Assembly (NCBI GenBank): GCA_021208605.1
Contig: JAJOJK010000017.1
Coordinates: 17,872 to 81,871, forward strand
DNA length: 64,000 nt
Reading direction: 5' to 3'
DNA from: Candidatus Woesebacteria bacterium
GTDB lineage: Bacteria > Patescibacteriota > Microgenomatia > UBA1400 > UBA1396
The notes beneath the pieces are model-generated. The model made no database searches and was not told where the DNA came from. It saw nothing but the letters and a program-made list of their open reading frames with translations. Position 1 is the stretch's first letter. Every line of letters starts with the position of its first letter. Made by a program: the position numbers and the translations under genes. Below are positions 35,461 to 45,274 of the stretch, one piece after another.

Positions 35461-37611
35461 ATGCAGATGTACCCCGCCCCAGAGCAGAAGAAACTCGAAG
35501 ACTTTACTACCGACATTACCGCTTTAGCGAACGAAGGCAAACTTGATCCCGTGATTGGTCGCGAAGCCGAGATTCGCCGGGTGATCCAAGTGCTTTCCCG
35601 CCGCACCAAAAACAATCCGGTTTTGGTGGGGGAGCCTGGTGTCGGGAAAACGGCCGTGGTAGAAGGCCTGGCGCAGCGGATCGCCAACGATGACATTCCC
35701 AACTCGCTGAAAGGAAAACGAATTCTCTCGTTGGAGATGGCTTCGGTTTTGGCTGGGGCAAAGTTCCGCGGCGAGTTCGAAGAGCGTTTCAAGATGATTG
35801 TGGAAGAAGTTACTAAGTCTGAAGGCGAAATCATTTTGTTTGTGGATGAACTGCACACTATTGTTGGCGCGGGGAAAGCTGATGGATCAGTTGATGCGGG
35901 CAATATGCTCAAGCCGGCTCTGGCACGTGGGCAGTTACGCTTGATTGGATCGACCACCCTCAATGAATATCGCCAATACATTGAGAAAGACTCGGCTTTG
36001 GAGCGTCGTTTCCAGCCGGTGTTTGTCGAAGCGCCGAGCGTGGAAAATACTATTTCCATTTTGCGTGGTTTGAAGGAAAAGTACGAACTCCACCACGGTA
36101 TTCGTATTACGGATGATGCGTTAGTGTCTGCGGCTGAACTCTCTGACCGCTACATTCCGGCGCGCCATTTGCCAGACAAAGCGATCGATTTGATCGACGA
36201 AGCCGCCTCAGCTTTAAAAATCGAGACGGAGTCTGATCCCACGGCTATCGACCAACTCAAACGCAAAAAGACGCAGCTCGAAATTGAAGAGCGCGCCCTC
36301 AAAAAAGAAAAATCGGCCGAGTCCAAAGAGCGCTTAGAAGAAGTGCAAAAAGAACTTTCGAGTATCAATGACGAATTGAGTGAACTGCAATCTCACTGGC
36401 AAGAACAGAAAGAGATACTGAATACGGTACAAAGTGTGCGCACGAAAGTGGAAGAGCTCAAAGCGCAACTCGAACGAGCCGAGAGAGACGTGGAGCTCGA
36501 AAAAGCGGCGCAAATTAAGTACGGCCAACTTCCCGAAAAACAAGCTGAGCTCGATGAAGCGCTGAAAAAATGGAGCGCTATTCCGGAGTCAGACCGCCTG
36601 CTCAAAGAAGAAGTTACGCAAGAAGATATTGCCGGTGTGGTGGGGCGCTGGACTGGTATTCCGGTCACGCAGCTGGTGAAAAGCGAAACCGAAAAACTGA
36701 AACACCTTGAGGAAGAACTTGGCAAACGAGTCGTGGGGCAAGATGAGGCGCTGCGGGCGGTGGCCAATGCCGTGCGTCGTTCACGCGTGGGAATCAGTGA
36801 TCGGCACAAACCTCTAGCGACCTTCTTATTCTTGGGTCCGACTGGAGTGGGAAAAACCGAGACCGCCAAAGCCTTAGCAGAGCAACTCTTTGGTGACGAG
36901 CGCGCCATCGTTCGCCTGGACATGAGTGAGTACAGCGAGCCGCACACCGTGGCACGTTTGATTGGAGCTCCTCCTGGATACGTGGGGTATGAGGCTGGTG
37001 GTCAGTTGACTGAAGCGATTCGTCGTCGACCATACTCGGTGGTATTGCTCGATGAAATGGAAAAAGCGGATGCGCAGATTTTCAATACGTTCCTGCAGGT
37101 GTTTGATGATGGTCGCCTGACCGATGGCCAGGGGCGCACGGTCGATTTTACGAACACGGTGATCATTATGACTTCCAATGTGGGTTCAGACCTCATGCTC
37201 GATATGGCGGCCAAAGACAAGTCAACAGAAGTCATCGAGACGGCCGTGTGGGATCGTCTGCGCGGTGCTTTTAAGCCAGAATTCTTGAATCGTATCGATC
37301 ACATTTTGTTGTACGAGCCATTGCAGCCAGAGCAGTTATTGTCGATTGTCGATATGCAGCTCGGCGAGCTCGAAAAACAGCTCGCCTCAGCGCATGTGAA
37401 ACTGCATGTGACTGACGCTGCGTCTCAATGGTTGGCTGATAACGGTTACGATCCCGCCTTTGGTGCCCGTCCGCTGAAGCGTCGCATTCAGTCTGACATT
37501 TTGGATGAAGTTGCTCTGTTGATGCTGGATCGGGAAGATGAGAATGAACAATTGACTGTCCTGGTTGATGCCCAGAACAACGAACTGACAGTGGAAAAGT
37601 CGGATTCATAG
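35461..37611 (+). CDS. clpB: ATP-dependent chaperone ClpB (short form lacking the N-terminal domain)
   Basis: Two AAA+ modules ([16 protein letters not shown]) and a long coiled-coil M-domain between them. SD AAGGAGTG. Starts directly in NBD1. Confidence 0.85.
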   Translation: MQMYPAPEQKKLEDFTTDITALANEGKLDPVIGREAEIRRVIQVLSRRTKNNPVLVGEPGVGKTAVVEGLAQRIANDDIPNSLKGKRILSLEMASVLAGAKFRGEFEERFKMIVEEVTKSEGEIILFVDELHTIVGAGKADGSVDAGNMLKPALARGQLRLIGSTTLNEYRQYIEKDSALERRFQPVFVEAPSVENTISILRGLKEKYELHHGIRITDDALVSAAELSDRYIPARHLPDKAIDLIDEAASALKIETESDPTAIDQLKRKKTQLEIEERALKKEKSAESKERLEEVQKELSSINDELSELQSHWQEQKEILNTVQSVRTKVEELKAQLERAERDVELEKAAQIKYGQLPEKQAELDEALKKWSAIPESDRLLKEEVTQEDIAGVVGRWTGIPVTQLVKSETEKLKHLEEELGKRVVGQDEALRAVANAVRRSRVGISDRHKPLATFLFLGPTGVGKTETAKALAEQLFGDERAIVRLDMSEYSEPHTVARLIGAPPGYVGYEAGGQLTEAIRRRPYSVVLLDEMEKADAQIFNTFLQVFDDGRLTDGQGRTVDFTNTVIIMTSNVGSDLMLDMAAKDKSTEVIETAVWDRLRGAFKPEFLNRIDHILLYEPLQPEQLLSIVDMQLGELEKQLASAHVKLHVTDAASQWLADNGYDPAFGARPLKRRIQSDILDEVALLMLDREDENEQLTVLVDAQNNELTVEKSDS

Positions 37612-37645
37612 GTTTTTTGCTTATGGTGCGGTATAATGGCCGACT

Positions 37646-38206
37646 ATGGGAAAAGATAAAGAAACTTTGTATACACCACAAGATATAAAGCGACTTGTAG
37701 CTGCCTACCGTACAGGCAATAAGTTGAAAATTATCGGAGGTTTTTTACAGGAAGTTGGTTTCCCTTACAAAGGTATTTTACTGAGAGAAGAGTGGCAGAA
37801 ACTTACTGGTCAGCCATTACTAGAGCCGCTGAGGGATTTTGCAGATGAACTGAGTACTCTTCCTGATGAATGCGGGGCACTTGATTTGTTGGAAGTAGCG
37901 GTCTCTCTTCAAGTCATGGTGGAGTTTGCCATACACGAAAAAGAGAAGCTGCAAGCGGTAGAACAGACAAAAAGCATTAGCTCTTTCGAGATAATAAATC
38001 TTTTACAGAGATCTGAGAAAGATTTACGGCAATTAGCAGAAAAATTGAAAAAAATATCGAATGATACGTTAGGTTGGTGGAAAACTGAGTGGGTTGATCA
38101 ACAAAGACCGTCCGCACAAGATCTCTCAGATACACGTCGTGTGTTGAACATATATTTTTCTGAACTCCTCAAAATAGTTGAGAATTATCCTGATCAGAAT
38201 CGCTAG
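37646..38206 (+). CDS. hypothetical protein (AT-rich ORFan)
   Basis: 186 aa with about 36% GC. No motif. Confidence 0.4.
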   Translation: MGKDKETLYTPQDIKRLVAAYRTGNKLKIIGGFLQEVGFPYKGILLREEWQKLTGQPLLEPLRDFADELSTLPDECGALDLLEVAVSLQVMVEFAIHEKEKLQAVEQTKSISSFEIINLLQRSEKDLRQLAEKLKKISNDTLGWWKTEWVDQQRPSAQDLSDTRRVLNIYFSELLKIVENYPDQNR

Positions 38207-38266
38207 AATTATTTTCTTTTCAGACTCGGGCTCGCCACGCGTCTAAAAAATGCGTAGAATGGTGCT

Positions 38267-39391
38267 ATGTCTGTATTGGAGAATGACCTTGAACGAACCC
38301 AAACTAAAACTCGTTTGTCGTATGAAGACATTCGGCGAATTTTGGGTGACGAAGCCGATTATTTGTTGAATCATGTTAGCAAAGCAGTTCCCAAAGAACA
38401 TTTAGTTTTACCTGCGCCAGACTTTGTTGATCAAGTATGGGGCGATTCGGATCGCAGTGACCGCGTACTGCGGAATATGCATCGGTTGTACGGCAGTGGT
38501 CGTTTGGCTGATACGGGATATCTTTCTATTTTGCCGGTCGATCAAGGCGTGGAACACAGTGCGGGCGCAGAGTTTGCAGCTAATCCGATGTATTTTGATC
38601 CAGAAAATATCATTAAGCTGGCAGTGGCGGCAGAGTGTAATGCGGTCGCGTCCACGATTGGGGTTTTGGGCACGGTCGCGAAACGCTACGCTGAACAAAT
38701 ACCTTTTATTGTCAAACTCAATCACAATCAACTGTTAACCTATCCAAAGACGTACGATCAGATTATGTTTACTTCGGTAGAGAAGGCCTATGAAGTCGGC
38801 GCTGTTGCTGTGGGAGCCACTATCTATTTCGGCTCTCCGGAGAGTGACCGACAGATAATTGAAGTGGCACAAGCTTTTGCGCGGGCACACGAACTTGGTC
38901 TAGTTACTATCTTGTGGTGCTACGTGCGGAATTCTGAGTTCAAGCATGACGGTACCAACTACGAGCGTTCGGCTGACATCACCGCTCAGGCAAATCACCT
39001 GGGAGCGACCATTGAAGCGGATATTGTCAAACAAAAATTGCCAGAAACGAATGGCGGTTTTGCAGCTTTAAATCAGGCCGGTAAAGATTTTGGTTACTAC
39101 GATGAGCGCATGTACACCGAACTGGCCACTGATCATCCAATCGATCTGGCTCGTTACCAAGTCTTGAATGGTTATGCGGGTCGAGTTGGACTGATTAGCT
39201 CTGGTGGTGCGGCTTCTGGCGGTGATGATGATTTCCGTGCAGCGGTGCGTACGGCGGTGATAAACAAGCGGGCTGGCGGCATGGGCTTAATTACTGGTCG
39301 CAAGGCCTTCCAACGTCCATTTGGCGAAGGGGTCCAGCTCATTCAGGCTATTCAGGATGTGTATTTGTGTGACGAAGTTACTATTGCATAA
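38267..39391 (+). CDS. fbaB: class I fructose-bisphosphate aldolase (FbaB/DhnA type)
   Basis: Collinear near-identity to remembered E. coli FbaB blocks (VLRNMxxLYxxGRLAxTGYLSILPVDQGVEHSAGAxFAANPxYFDP, AVRTAVINKRAGGMGLIxGRKAF, DVYL). Confidence 0.85.
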   Translation: MSVLENDLERTQTKTRLSYEDIRRILGDEADYLLNHVSKAVPKEHLVLPAPDFVDQVWGDSDRSDRVLRNMHRLYGSGRLADTGYLSILPVDQGVEHSAGAEFAANPMYFDPENIIKLAVAAECNAVASTIGVLGTVAKRYAEQIPFIVKLNHNQLLTYPKTYDQIMFTSVEKAYEVGAVAVGATIYFGSPESDRQIIEVAQAFARAHELGLVTILWCYVRNSEFKHDGTNYERSADITAQANHLGATIEADIVKQKLPETNGGFAALNQAGKDFGYYDERMYTELATDHPIDLARYQVLNGYAGRVGLISSGGAASGGDDDFRAAVRTAVINKRAGGMGLITGRKAFQRPFGEGVQLIQAIQDVYLCDEVTIA

Positions 39392-39438
39392 ATAACCAAA
39401 GGAAAAAAGCACATCTCTAGCTTTGTTTTTTCCTCTGG

Positions 39439-39798
39439 TTGCGGTACACTAACCCCATGAAAAAACAGAGTTCCGCTTCCGAACCCTCGGCTGTGCAGGT
39501 GACGCCAGCCACGGTTGCTCACATCGGGCAGCTTGCTAACCTCGAAATTTCCAATCAAGAACAACAACAATTTGCGCAAGCGTTTACCGAAACTCTTGCA
39601 GAAGTGCAGAAAATTTTTGCTGTTGATGTCTCTGAAGTTGAGCCCACACATCATGTGACCGGTTTGGTCAACGTGTGGCGCGAAGACGTGGTCGACGAAA
39701 ATCAGGTGCTTTCCCAAGAGCAAGCGCTCTCAGGCGCCAAGCACACCTTTGGCAAAATGATCGTCGTTGATCGTGTGTTGGAAGGAGATACGGCATGA
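39439..39798 (+). CDS. gatC: Asp/Glu-tRNA amidotransferase subunit C
   Basis: Small acidic protein immediately upstream of and overlapping gatA. Confidence 0.75.
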   Translation: MRYTNPMKKQSSASEPSAVQVTPATVAHIGQLANLEISNQEQQQFAQAFTETLAEVQKIFAVDVSEVEPTHHVTGLVNVWREDVVDENQVLSQEQALSGAKHTFGKMIVVDRVLEGDTA

Positions 39799-41189
39799 GC
39801 GTGGCTTTAAACGAACTCACACTGCGCGAAGCAATTGATGGCATTCGCGCCAAACAGTTTTCTGCAGCAGAAGTACAACAAGCGGTGATCGCGACCGTAA
39901 TCAAAAAAAATCCGGAACTGAACGTCTACCGTGATTTCCACGAGACTGCCACGGATGAAAATTTTGCCGAAGATCTCGCTGGTGTACCGATTGCCGTCAA
40001 AGATAACATCTTAACGCCAGGTTTGAAAACCACGGCCAGTTCCGCGGTGTTGACTGAGTATATGCCGCACTACGAGGCCACGTTGGCCAAGCAGATTCGC
40101 GAAGCCGGCGCCTTTGTGGTAGGGAAAACGAATCTCGATGCCTGGGCACATGGGTCAAGCACCGAAACCTCGGCCTTTGGACCAACCAAAAATCCTTTGA
40201 ATCCTGAGTACATTCCAGGTGGTTCTTCTGGCGGTTCGGCCGCAGCCATTGCGGCTGATATGGCCATTGCGGCGATTGGCACCGAGACTTCTGGTTCTAT
40301 TTTGGGTCCGTCAGCCTGGTGTGGCATGGTAGGCTTGAAGCCAACGTATGGCCGCGTCTCGCGCTATGGTGTGATTGCCATGGCTTCCTCTTTGGACTGT
40401 CCTGGTCCGATGACGAAAACAGTGGAAGATGCCGCGATCATGCTGGAGTACATGGCTGGTCAGGATAAATATGATGGCACCACTTCTCCAACAGAAGTGC
40501 CAGGCTATCGTGACTTCATTGGCAAAGACATCAAAGGTTTACGCATCGGTGTCATGTATCTCGACATTTTGGACAGCGATGAACAACGTGCTGTTTACGA
40601 AACAGCCAAAGAAGAACTCCGCGCTCTGGGAGCAATTGTTGAGGATGTTCAAGCCATGAATCCGGAACCGGCGATTGGAATGTATGCCGTTCTGCAGCGC
40701 AGTGAGGTCAGCTCTAACTTGGCGCGGTTTGATGGCATTCGCTATGGCGAAGGCCGCGATGCCTTTGGCGAAGAAGCTAAGCGCCGCATTATGCTCGGAA
40801 CCTACACCTTAAGTAAAGGGTATGCCGAGAAGTACTACATCCAAGCGCAGCGAGTGCGCAGCTTGTTCATTCAAGACTTTACGCGTTTATTTGCCGAGTA
40901 TGACGTGCTCGTGTCGCCAACGATGCCCGGTTATGCTTTGAAACTCGGTGAAAGCAAGAACTTTGCTTTCTTTGGTGAGATGGTGGACAAAATGGCCGAA
41001 CCACGCGCAGCCGCCGGATTGCCAGCGGTGAACGTGCCGTGTCATCGTGATCCAGCTACGAACCTGAGTCTGGGCCTCGCATTTACGGCGCCGGCCTTCC
41101 AAGAGCAACTCGCCATCCAAGTGGCCGACGCCTACGAACGAGCCACGAACTGGAATCCATGGCGGAAACGTCAGCAGGAGGGAGCCTAA
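39795..41189 (+). CDS. gatA: Asp/Glu-tRNA amidotransferase subunit A (amidase signature)
   Basis: Amidase signature GGSSGGSAAAIAA with a Ser-cisSer-Lys context. Confidence 0.9.
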   Translation: MSVALNELTLREAIDGIRAKQFSAAEVQQAVIATVIKKNPELNVYRDFHETATDENFAEDLAGVPIAVKDNILTPGLKTTASSAVLTEYMPHYEATLAKQIREAGAFVVGKTNLDAWAHGSSTETSAFGPTKNPLNPEYIPGGSSGGSAAAIAADMAIAAIGTETSGSILGPSAWCGMVGLKPTYGRVSRYGVIAMASSLDCPGPMTKTVEDAAIMLEYMAGQDKYDGTTSPTEVPGYRDFIGKDIKGLRIGVMYLDILDSDEQRAVYETAKEELRALGAIVEDVQAMNPEPAIGMYAVLQRSEVSSNLARFDGIRYGEGRDAFGEEAKRRIMLGTYTLSKGYAEKYYIQAQRVRSLFIQDFTRLFAEYDVLVSPTMPGYALKLGESKNFAFFGEMVDKMAEPRAAAGLPAVNVPCHRDPATNLSLGLAFTAPAFQEQLAIQVADAYERATNWNPWRKRQQEGA

Positions 41190-41190
41190 C

Positions 41191-42612
41191 ATGTCTACGA
41201 ATGAATACACGCCAATTATTGGTCTCGAAATCCACGTTGAGATGCGCACCAATTCCAAAATGTTTTGTGGCTGTCCGGCCGAACACTTTGGTGCCGAACC
41301 AAACTCGCACACTTGTCCAGTATGTTTAGGCTTGCCAGGCGCTTTGCCGGTGGCCAACGGAGAGGCGATCAAGCGAACGGTCAAAATTGGTTTAGCTTTG
41401 GGATGTTCGATTGCGGAAGAAAGTAAATTTGACCGCAAGAACTATTTCTATCCGGATTTGCCGAAGGGCTATCAGATTTCGCAGTACGATCAGCCACTGT
41501 GTTATGAGGGTTTGGTCCATACTGATTCTGGTGACGTGCGCATTACGCGCGTTCACTTGGAAGAAGACACCGCCAAACTGCAGCACGTAACGCTCACTCC
41601 GGACCAAATGAAGGCGGCTAATGTGGAACACGCCGATGTTTCCTTGCTGGATTTTAATCGCTCGGGTGTGCCGCTGGTAGAAATTGTGACGGAGCCAGAT
41701 ATTAAAACCGGTGCGCAGGCGCGTGAGTTTGGAAAACTGTTGGTCCAAACCTTGCGCTATCTCGGCGTTTCTGACTGTGACATGGAGAAGGGTTCGTTGC
41801 GATTAGAGGCGAATATTTCGGTGCAGTCCGAAGAGGAAAAAGCTGCTGGCAAGCTGCCGAACTACAAAGTCGAAGTGAAGAACCTGAACTCTTTCCGATT
41901 TTTGGAGCGGGCCATCGATTTCGAGATTGAACGCCACACGGCCATGCGTCGAGCTGGAGAAACGCCAACGCAAGAAACCCGGGGCTGGAACGATGACCGC
42001 AGTGTGACCTTTAGTCAGCGCAGCAAAGAGGAGGCTGAAGATTATCGGTATTTCCCGGACCCAGATTTGCCACCACTGTATTTGTCGCAAGAACTCGTGA
42101 CCGAGATTGGCGAGAGTTTGCCCGAACTGCCGCAGGCTGCTTATATTCGTTTGCAGAGCGGATATGGTTTGAGCGCCCAGAATGCTGAAGTCTTTACTGC
42201 CGAGCGGGAAGTTTTGTTGGCTGGAGAGCAGTTGCTCCAAGCCGCCCAAAAATCGGAACTCGAGCCGCAAACGGTGGCGAATGACGTAGTGAATAAAAAG
42301 GTTGAGACGTGGATTTTGGATGCAGAACGTGTCAGTTCTGCTCCGCCAGAAGAAGTTGCTGCTGAAGTCAAAAAAGTGCTCCAGACGATTGCAAAAGCGC
42401 GGCAAACTGAATCTATTCCTGCAGAAGAGGTTCATGCTATCATGGATGAAATAGCCTCAACTGCCGATGGAAAAGATGCTATCGAAAAGTACCGATCCGG
42501 AAAGGTGCAAGTAATTGGCTTCCTGATGGGTCAGTTAATGCGCAAGCTCCAGAAGAAGGTCGATGCAGGTGAGGTGAAGCAAGTGCTCGAAAACTACCTG
42601 CAAAATGACTAA
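41191..42612 (+). CDS. gatB: Asp/Glu-tRNA amidotransferase subunit B
   Basis: GLEIHVE...CPVCLGLPGALPV and a C-terminal GatB/YqeY domain. Confidence 0.9.
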   Translation: MSTNEYTPIIGLEIHVEMRTNSKMFCGCPAEHFGAEPNSHTCPVCLGLPGALPVANGEAIKRTVKIGLALGCSIAEESKFDRKNYFYPDLPKGYQISQYDQPLCYEGLVHTDSGDVRITRVHLEEDTAKLQHVTLTPDQMKAANVEHADVSLLDFNRSGVPLVEIVTEPDIKTGAQAREFGKLLVQTLRYLGVSDCDMEKGSLRLEANISVQSEEEKAAGKLPNYKVEVKNLNSFRFLERAIDFEIERHTAMRRAGETPTQETRGWNDDRSVTFSQRSKEEAEDYRYFPDPDLPPLYLSQELVTEIGESLPELPQAAYIRLQSGYGLSAQNAEVFTAEREVLLAGEQLLQAAQKSELEPQTVANDVVNKKVETWILDAERVSSAPPEEVAAEVKKVLQTIAKARQTESIPAEEVHAIMDEIASTADGKDAIEKYRSGKVQVIGFLMGQLMRKLQKKVDAGEVKQVLENYLQND

Positions 42613-45217
42613 AGATTTACTTCAATCACCACAAAATGTAGAGGGCGGTGGAATTCCTCCACAGGTTGAACAACTCGGAAGATCTGAATGGAAGCAGCGC
42701 CTTCCTGGCATCCTCAAGGAGCTTGCGGTACCAATGGATGCTGATGATGATATGGCTGGGCATCTTAAGGAAGCTCGCATCAAGGCAGCACAGCTCCATC
42801 TGCAAGAGATGAGGGAGCTTGCTACTGAGATGTACGAAGTGTACCAACGCCTTATGGATGGTGAGTCGACAAATGCCTCTGAAAAATTCGTAGTATCTGC
42901 CGAACAAAAAAAACAGATAGAAGATATTGTTATCTCATTTTATCGGCAAGGGCTGGCTATCCTTCACGAAGATTCTAATTTTCCTGTTAACTCACTACCA
43001 ATGGCGTTTAGGACTAACTTACAATGGAATAATTTCTCCAGGTTTTTGCCTACTGAAAAGGTGCAAAATGATATTTTGCAAAGAATTATCACCAAGATTC
43101 AGGAAACTCTTGCGCAGAGTACAGAGTTATTGGACCAAGAGACTGTGCAAGCAGTAGAAGCAACTCCTGAAATCGGAACTGAAGCGTTCGCCGACGATCC
43201 AGCAGAGCTTGCACCCGAGAATGATTATCCTGAGTTTGATGGAGATACTGAACCTAACCGAGTAGCTGCACCCGAAAAGGAAGCTGTTAATCCGTATCAG
43301 CCAGTGCCACAAGAGGAACGAGCTGAGCACTCATCATTTTTGAAGAATATGCTCTGGAGGTCGGAATCAACGGAACAGGTTCCTGCTGCGAAGGAAACCT
43401 ATTTCTCTAATGAAAAACGATTCCGCATTCTTCCTCTAAAACCAGAAGAACGACAGTACCGAGAGACCGTGCAACGACTTTTACCGGAAGGTGTCGTTTT
43501 GCTCCAAGTGGTCTCTGAAAATGAGTCTGAAGGGGATTTAACACATACGATGACCGTTTTCCCTGGATCACAGTTTTACAATGAAGTTTTGCTCCCTGGA
43601 GGTGTGGATGAGTCTCTAGAAAATGAACCGTTTTTACGAATGGAGAGTGAATCTGAAGTTTGGTACGCAGTAGCTTCTACAGAGCCGGGAGTACGACTTG
43701 AATTTTCGGAAACGCTGGATTCAAATGGAGAAGGTGCCCGGGCTCGCGAAGTGATGAGGCAGCACATTCTTGGAAACTGTATCGAAGAAATTATCCTCCT
43801 ATACGGTATGGCTACTGAACCGAATGTGGATGCGAGTGATCTCTCAGACCAAAAGGAACTATATGCTCAGTTCAGTGCTGGATATAAAGAGTTTTCAGCT
43901 CGAGTGAATTTGGCAGGCTTAGCAGAAAAGATTCAAGAGTTTGAAGCGATGGCTAGTCAGGCCTCAAAAGGAAACGCATCACCAGAAGCTTCGGCTGCGT
44001 ATCGATCGATAGGCGCTGATAATGTAAAAGAAATTGGCAAACACGCTGCTGAACTCAAAAAAGTGCTAACGTATTTTTATCCTGAGGAAGAGCTTCTTGC
44101 TCTTCTTGCGGAACTCCAAAATGAGGGCCAAAATGTTGATTTTGCAAACCTGTATTTTGATCTCGGAGAATTAGAAGCAAAAGCAGATAAGATTGCCCAA
44201 GAAATCCGTAAGAAGAAAAACGGCCTTACTTTTGAGAGCGATGAGGTGAGACAATTTATCACTGTCACAAGAAAGATCTTTACCTACCTTGATGACATGC
44301 TCGATCTAGAAAGAACACAGTATACAGAAGCGGTGTACATTTCTAGGCAGGAGCAGCGACTTAGTTTAGTACAGCAGAAATTAGAACAAATGGGACTTAC
44401 TTTTGATATATCACAAGCGGGTTTGTCTCGAAATTTCTTGTTAGGGATGACGGGCGGAGAATCTCTGGCTCAGCAAGAGGTGAATCCAGTTGAGCTTTTA
44501 GGCGCTGTGGAGCGTGAGTATGGTGTGGCGGTGTCTGAAATACAGCAATTTTTGACAGATCAAGCTGGAGATATTGAGTGGGCAACCTTTTTCCCACCTG
44601 CTTGGCAAATAGACTCTTTGTATGACTGGTATACCGATTTTGTGGCGGTGCGTTCAAATTTCCAGGAAACTATGGATGCGATGACTGCCTATCTTGACAG
44701 AATTGTATGGTTATTATCGGGAACGGAGACGGAGATTGCCTCTCTCGCACAAGCTGCAAAAAACAGTTTAGGTGGTCGGTCAGACGAAATTGGAGCCCAT
44801 TTAGTGTCTCTTGAGCAAAAGATCAATGTTTTGCAAAAACCTGAACCTGAAATTTTGGGAAGCATAAAGCTACTTCAAAGAGAATTTAATTCATATGCAG
44901 AGCGGCGTAAATTGGTCACACGGCTCGTGGAACCAGTGAAGAACATTCTTTTGCGGGAACGAGGTCGTCAAGGAGAGTACACAGATAAGAATAGAGAGGT
45001 AAAAAGGATATTTTACCGTGTGTTAGAGAAAAATTTCAAAAACACCTACGGCAGTTTAGAAAATATAGTTACCAAAACTCGAATCACCGATACTACGAAT
45101 GACAGAGTAACAGTTTCTGAATTATCACGAGCCCTGAACGAAGTATTTGATGATGTTTCTCAAGAAGTGAGTCAAGATATAAATAGCAGCCTTGGGTTAA
45201 CCGCAGAGGCAGCTTAG
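42605..45217 (+). CDS. large acidic hypothetical protein (870 aa ORFan) between gatB and dnaE
   Basis: Overlaps the gatB stop by 8 nt. No TM helix or signal peptide and no recognisable catalytic motif. Predicted mostly helical. Confidence 0.5.
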   Translation: MTKDLLQSPQNVEGGGIPPQVEQLGRSEWKQRLPGILKELAVPMDADDDMAGHLKEARIKAAQLHLQEMRELATEMYEVYQRLMDGESTNASEKFVVSAEQKKQIEDIVISFYRQGLAILHEDSNFPVNSLPMAFRTNLQWNNFSRFLPTEKVQNDILQRIITKIQETLAQSTELLDQETVQAVEATPEIGTEAFADDPAELAPENDYPEFDGDTEPNRVAAPEKEAVNPYQPVPQEERAEHSSFLKNMLWRSESTEQVPAAKETYFSNEKRFRILPLKPEERQYRETVQRLLPEGVVLLQVVSENESEGDLTHTMTVFPGSQFYNEVLLPGGVDESLENEPFLRMESESEVWYAVASTEPGVRLEFSETLDSNGEGARAREVMRQHILGNCIEEIILLYGMATEPNVDASDLSDQKELYAQFSAGYKEFSARVNLAGLAEKIQEFEAMASQASKGNASPEASAAYRSIGADNVKEIGKHAAELKKVLTYFYPEEELLALLAELQNEGQNVDFANLYFDLGELEAKADKIAQEIRKKKNGLTFESDEVRQFITVTRKIFTYLDDMLDLERTQYTEAVYISRQEQRLSLVQQKLEQMGLTFDISQAGLSRNFLLGMTGGESLAQQEVNPVELLGAVEREYGVAVSEIQQFLTDQAGDIEWATFFPPAWQIDSLYDWYTDFVAVRSNFQETMDAMTAYLDRIVWLLSGTETEIASLAQAAKNSLGGRSDEIGAHLVSLEQKINVLQKPEPEILGSIKLLQREFNSYAERRKLVTRLVEPVKNILLRERGRQGEYTDKNREVKRIFYRVLEKNFKNTYGSLENIVTKTRITDTTNDRVTVSELSRALNEVFDDVSQEVSQDINSSLGLTAEAA

Positions 45218-45274
45218 TTCTGAGCGCCTGTATTCCTGAGGTAAAGCCTTTCTGAATTTGCTACACTACAGATC

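Noticed and set aside
35352-36947. Antisense ORFs inside clpB (235 aa and 184 aa)
   Set aside because: The opposite strand encodes an unambiguous ClpB with Walker motifs. The antisense translations are Ser/Arg-rich and spurious.
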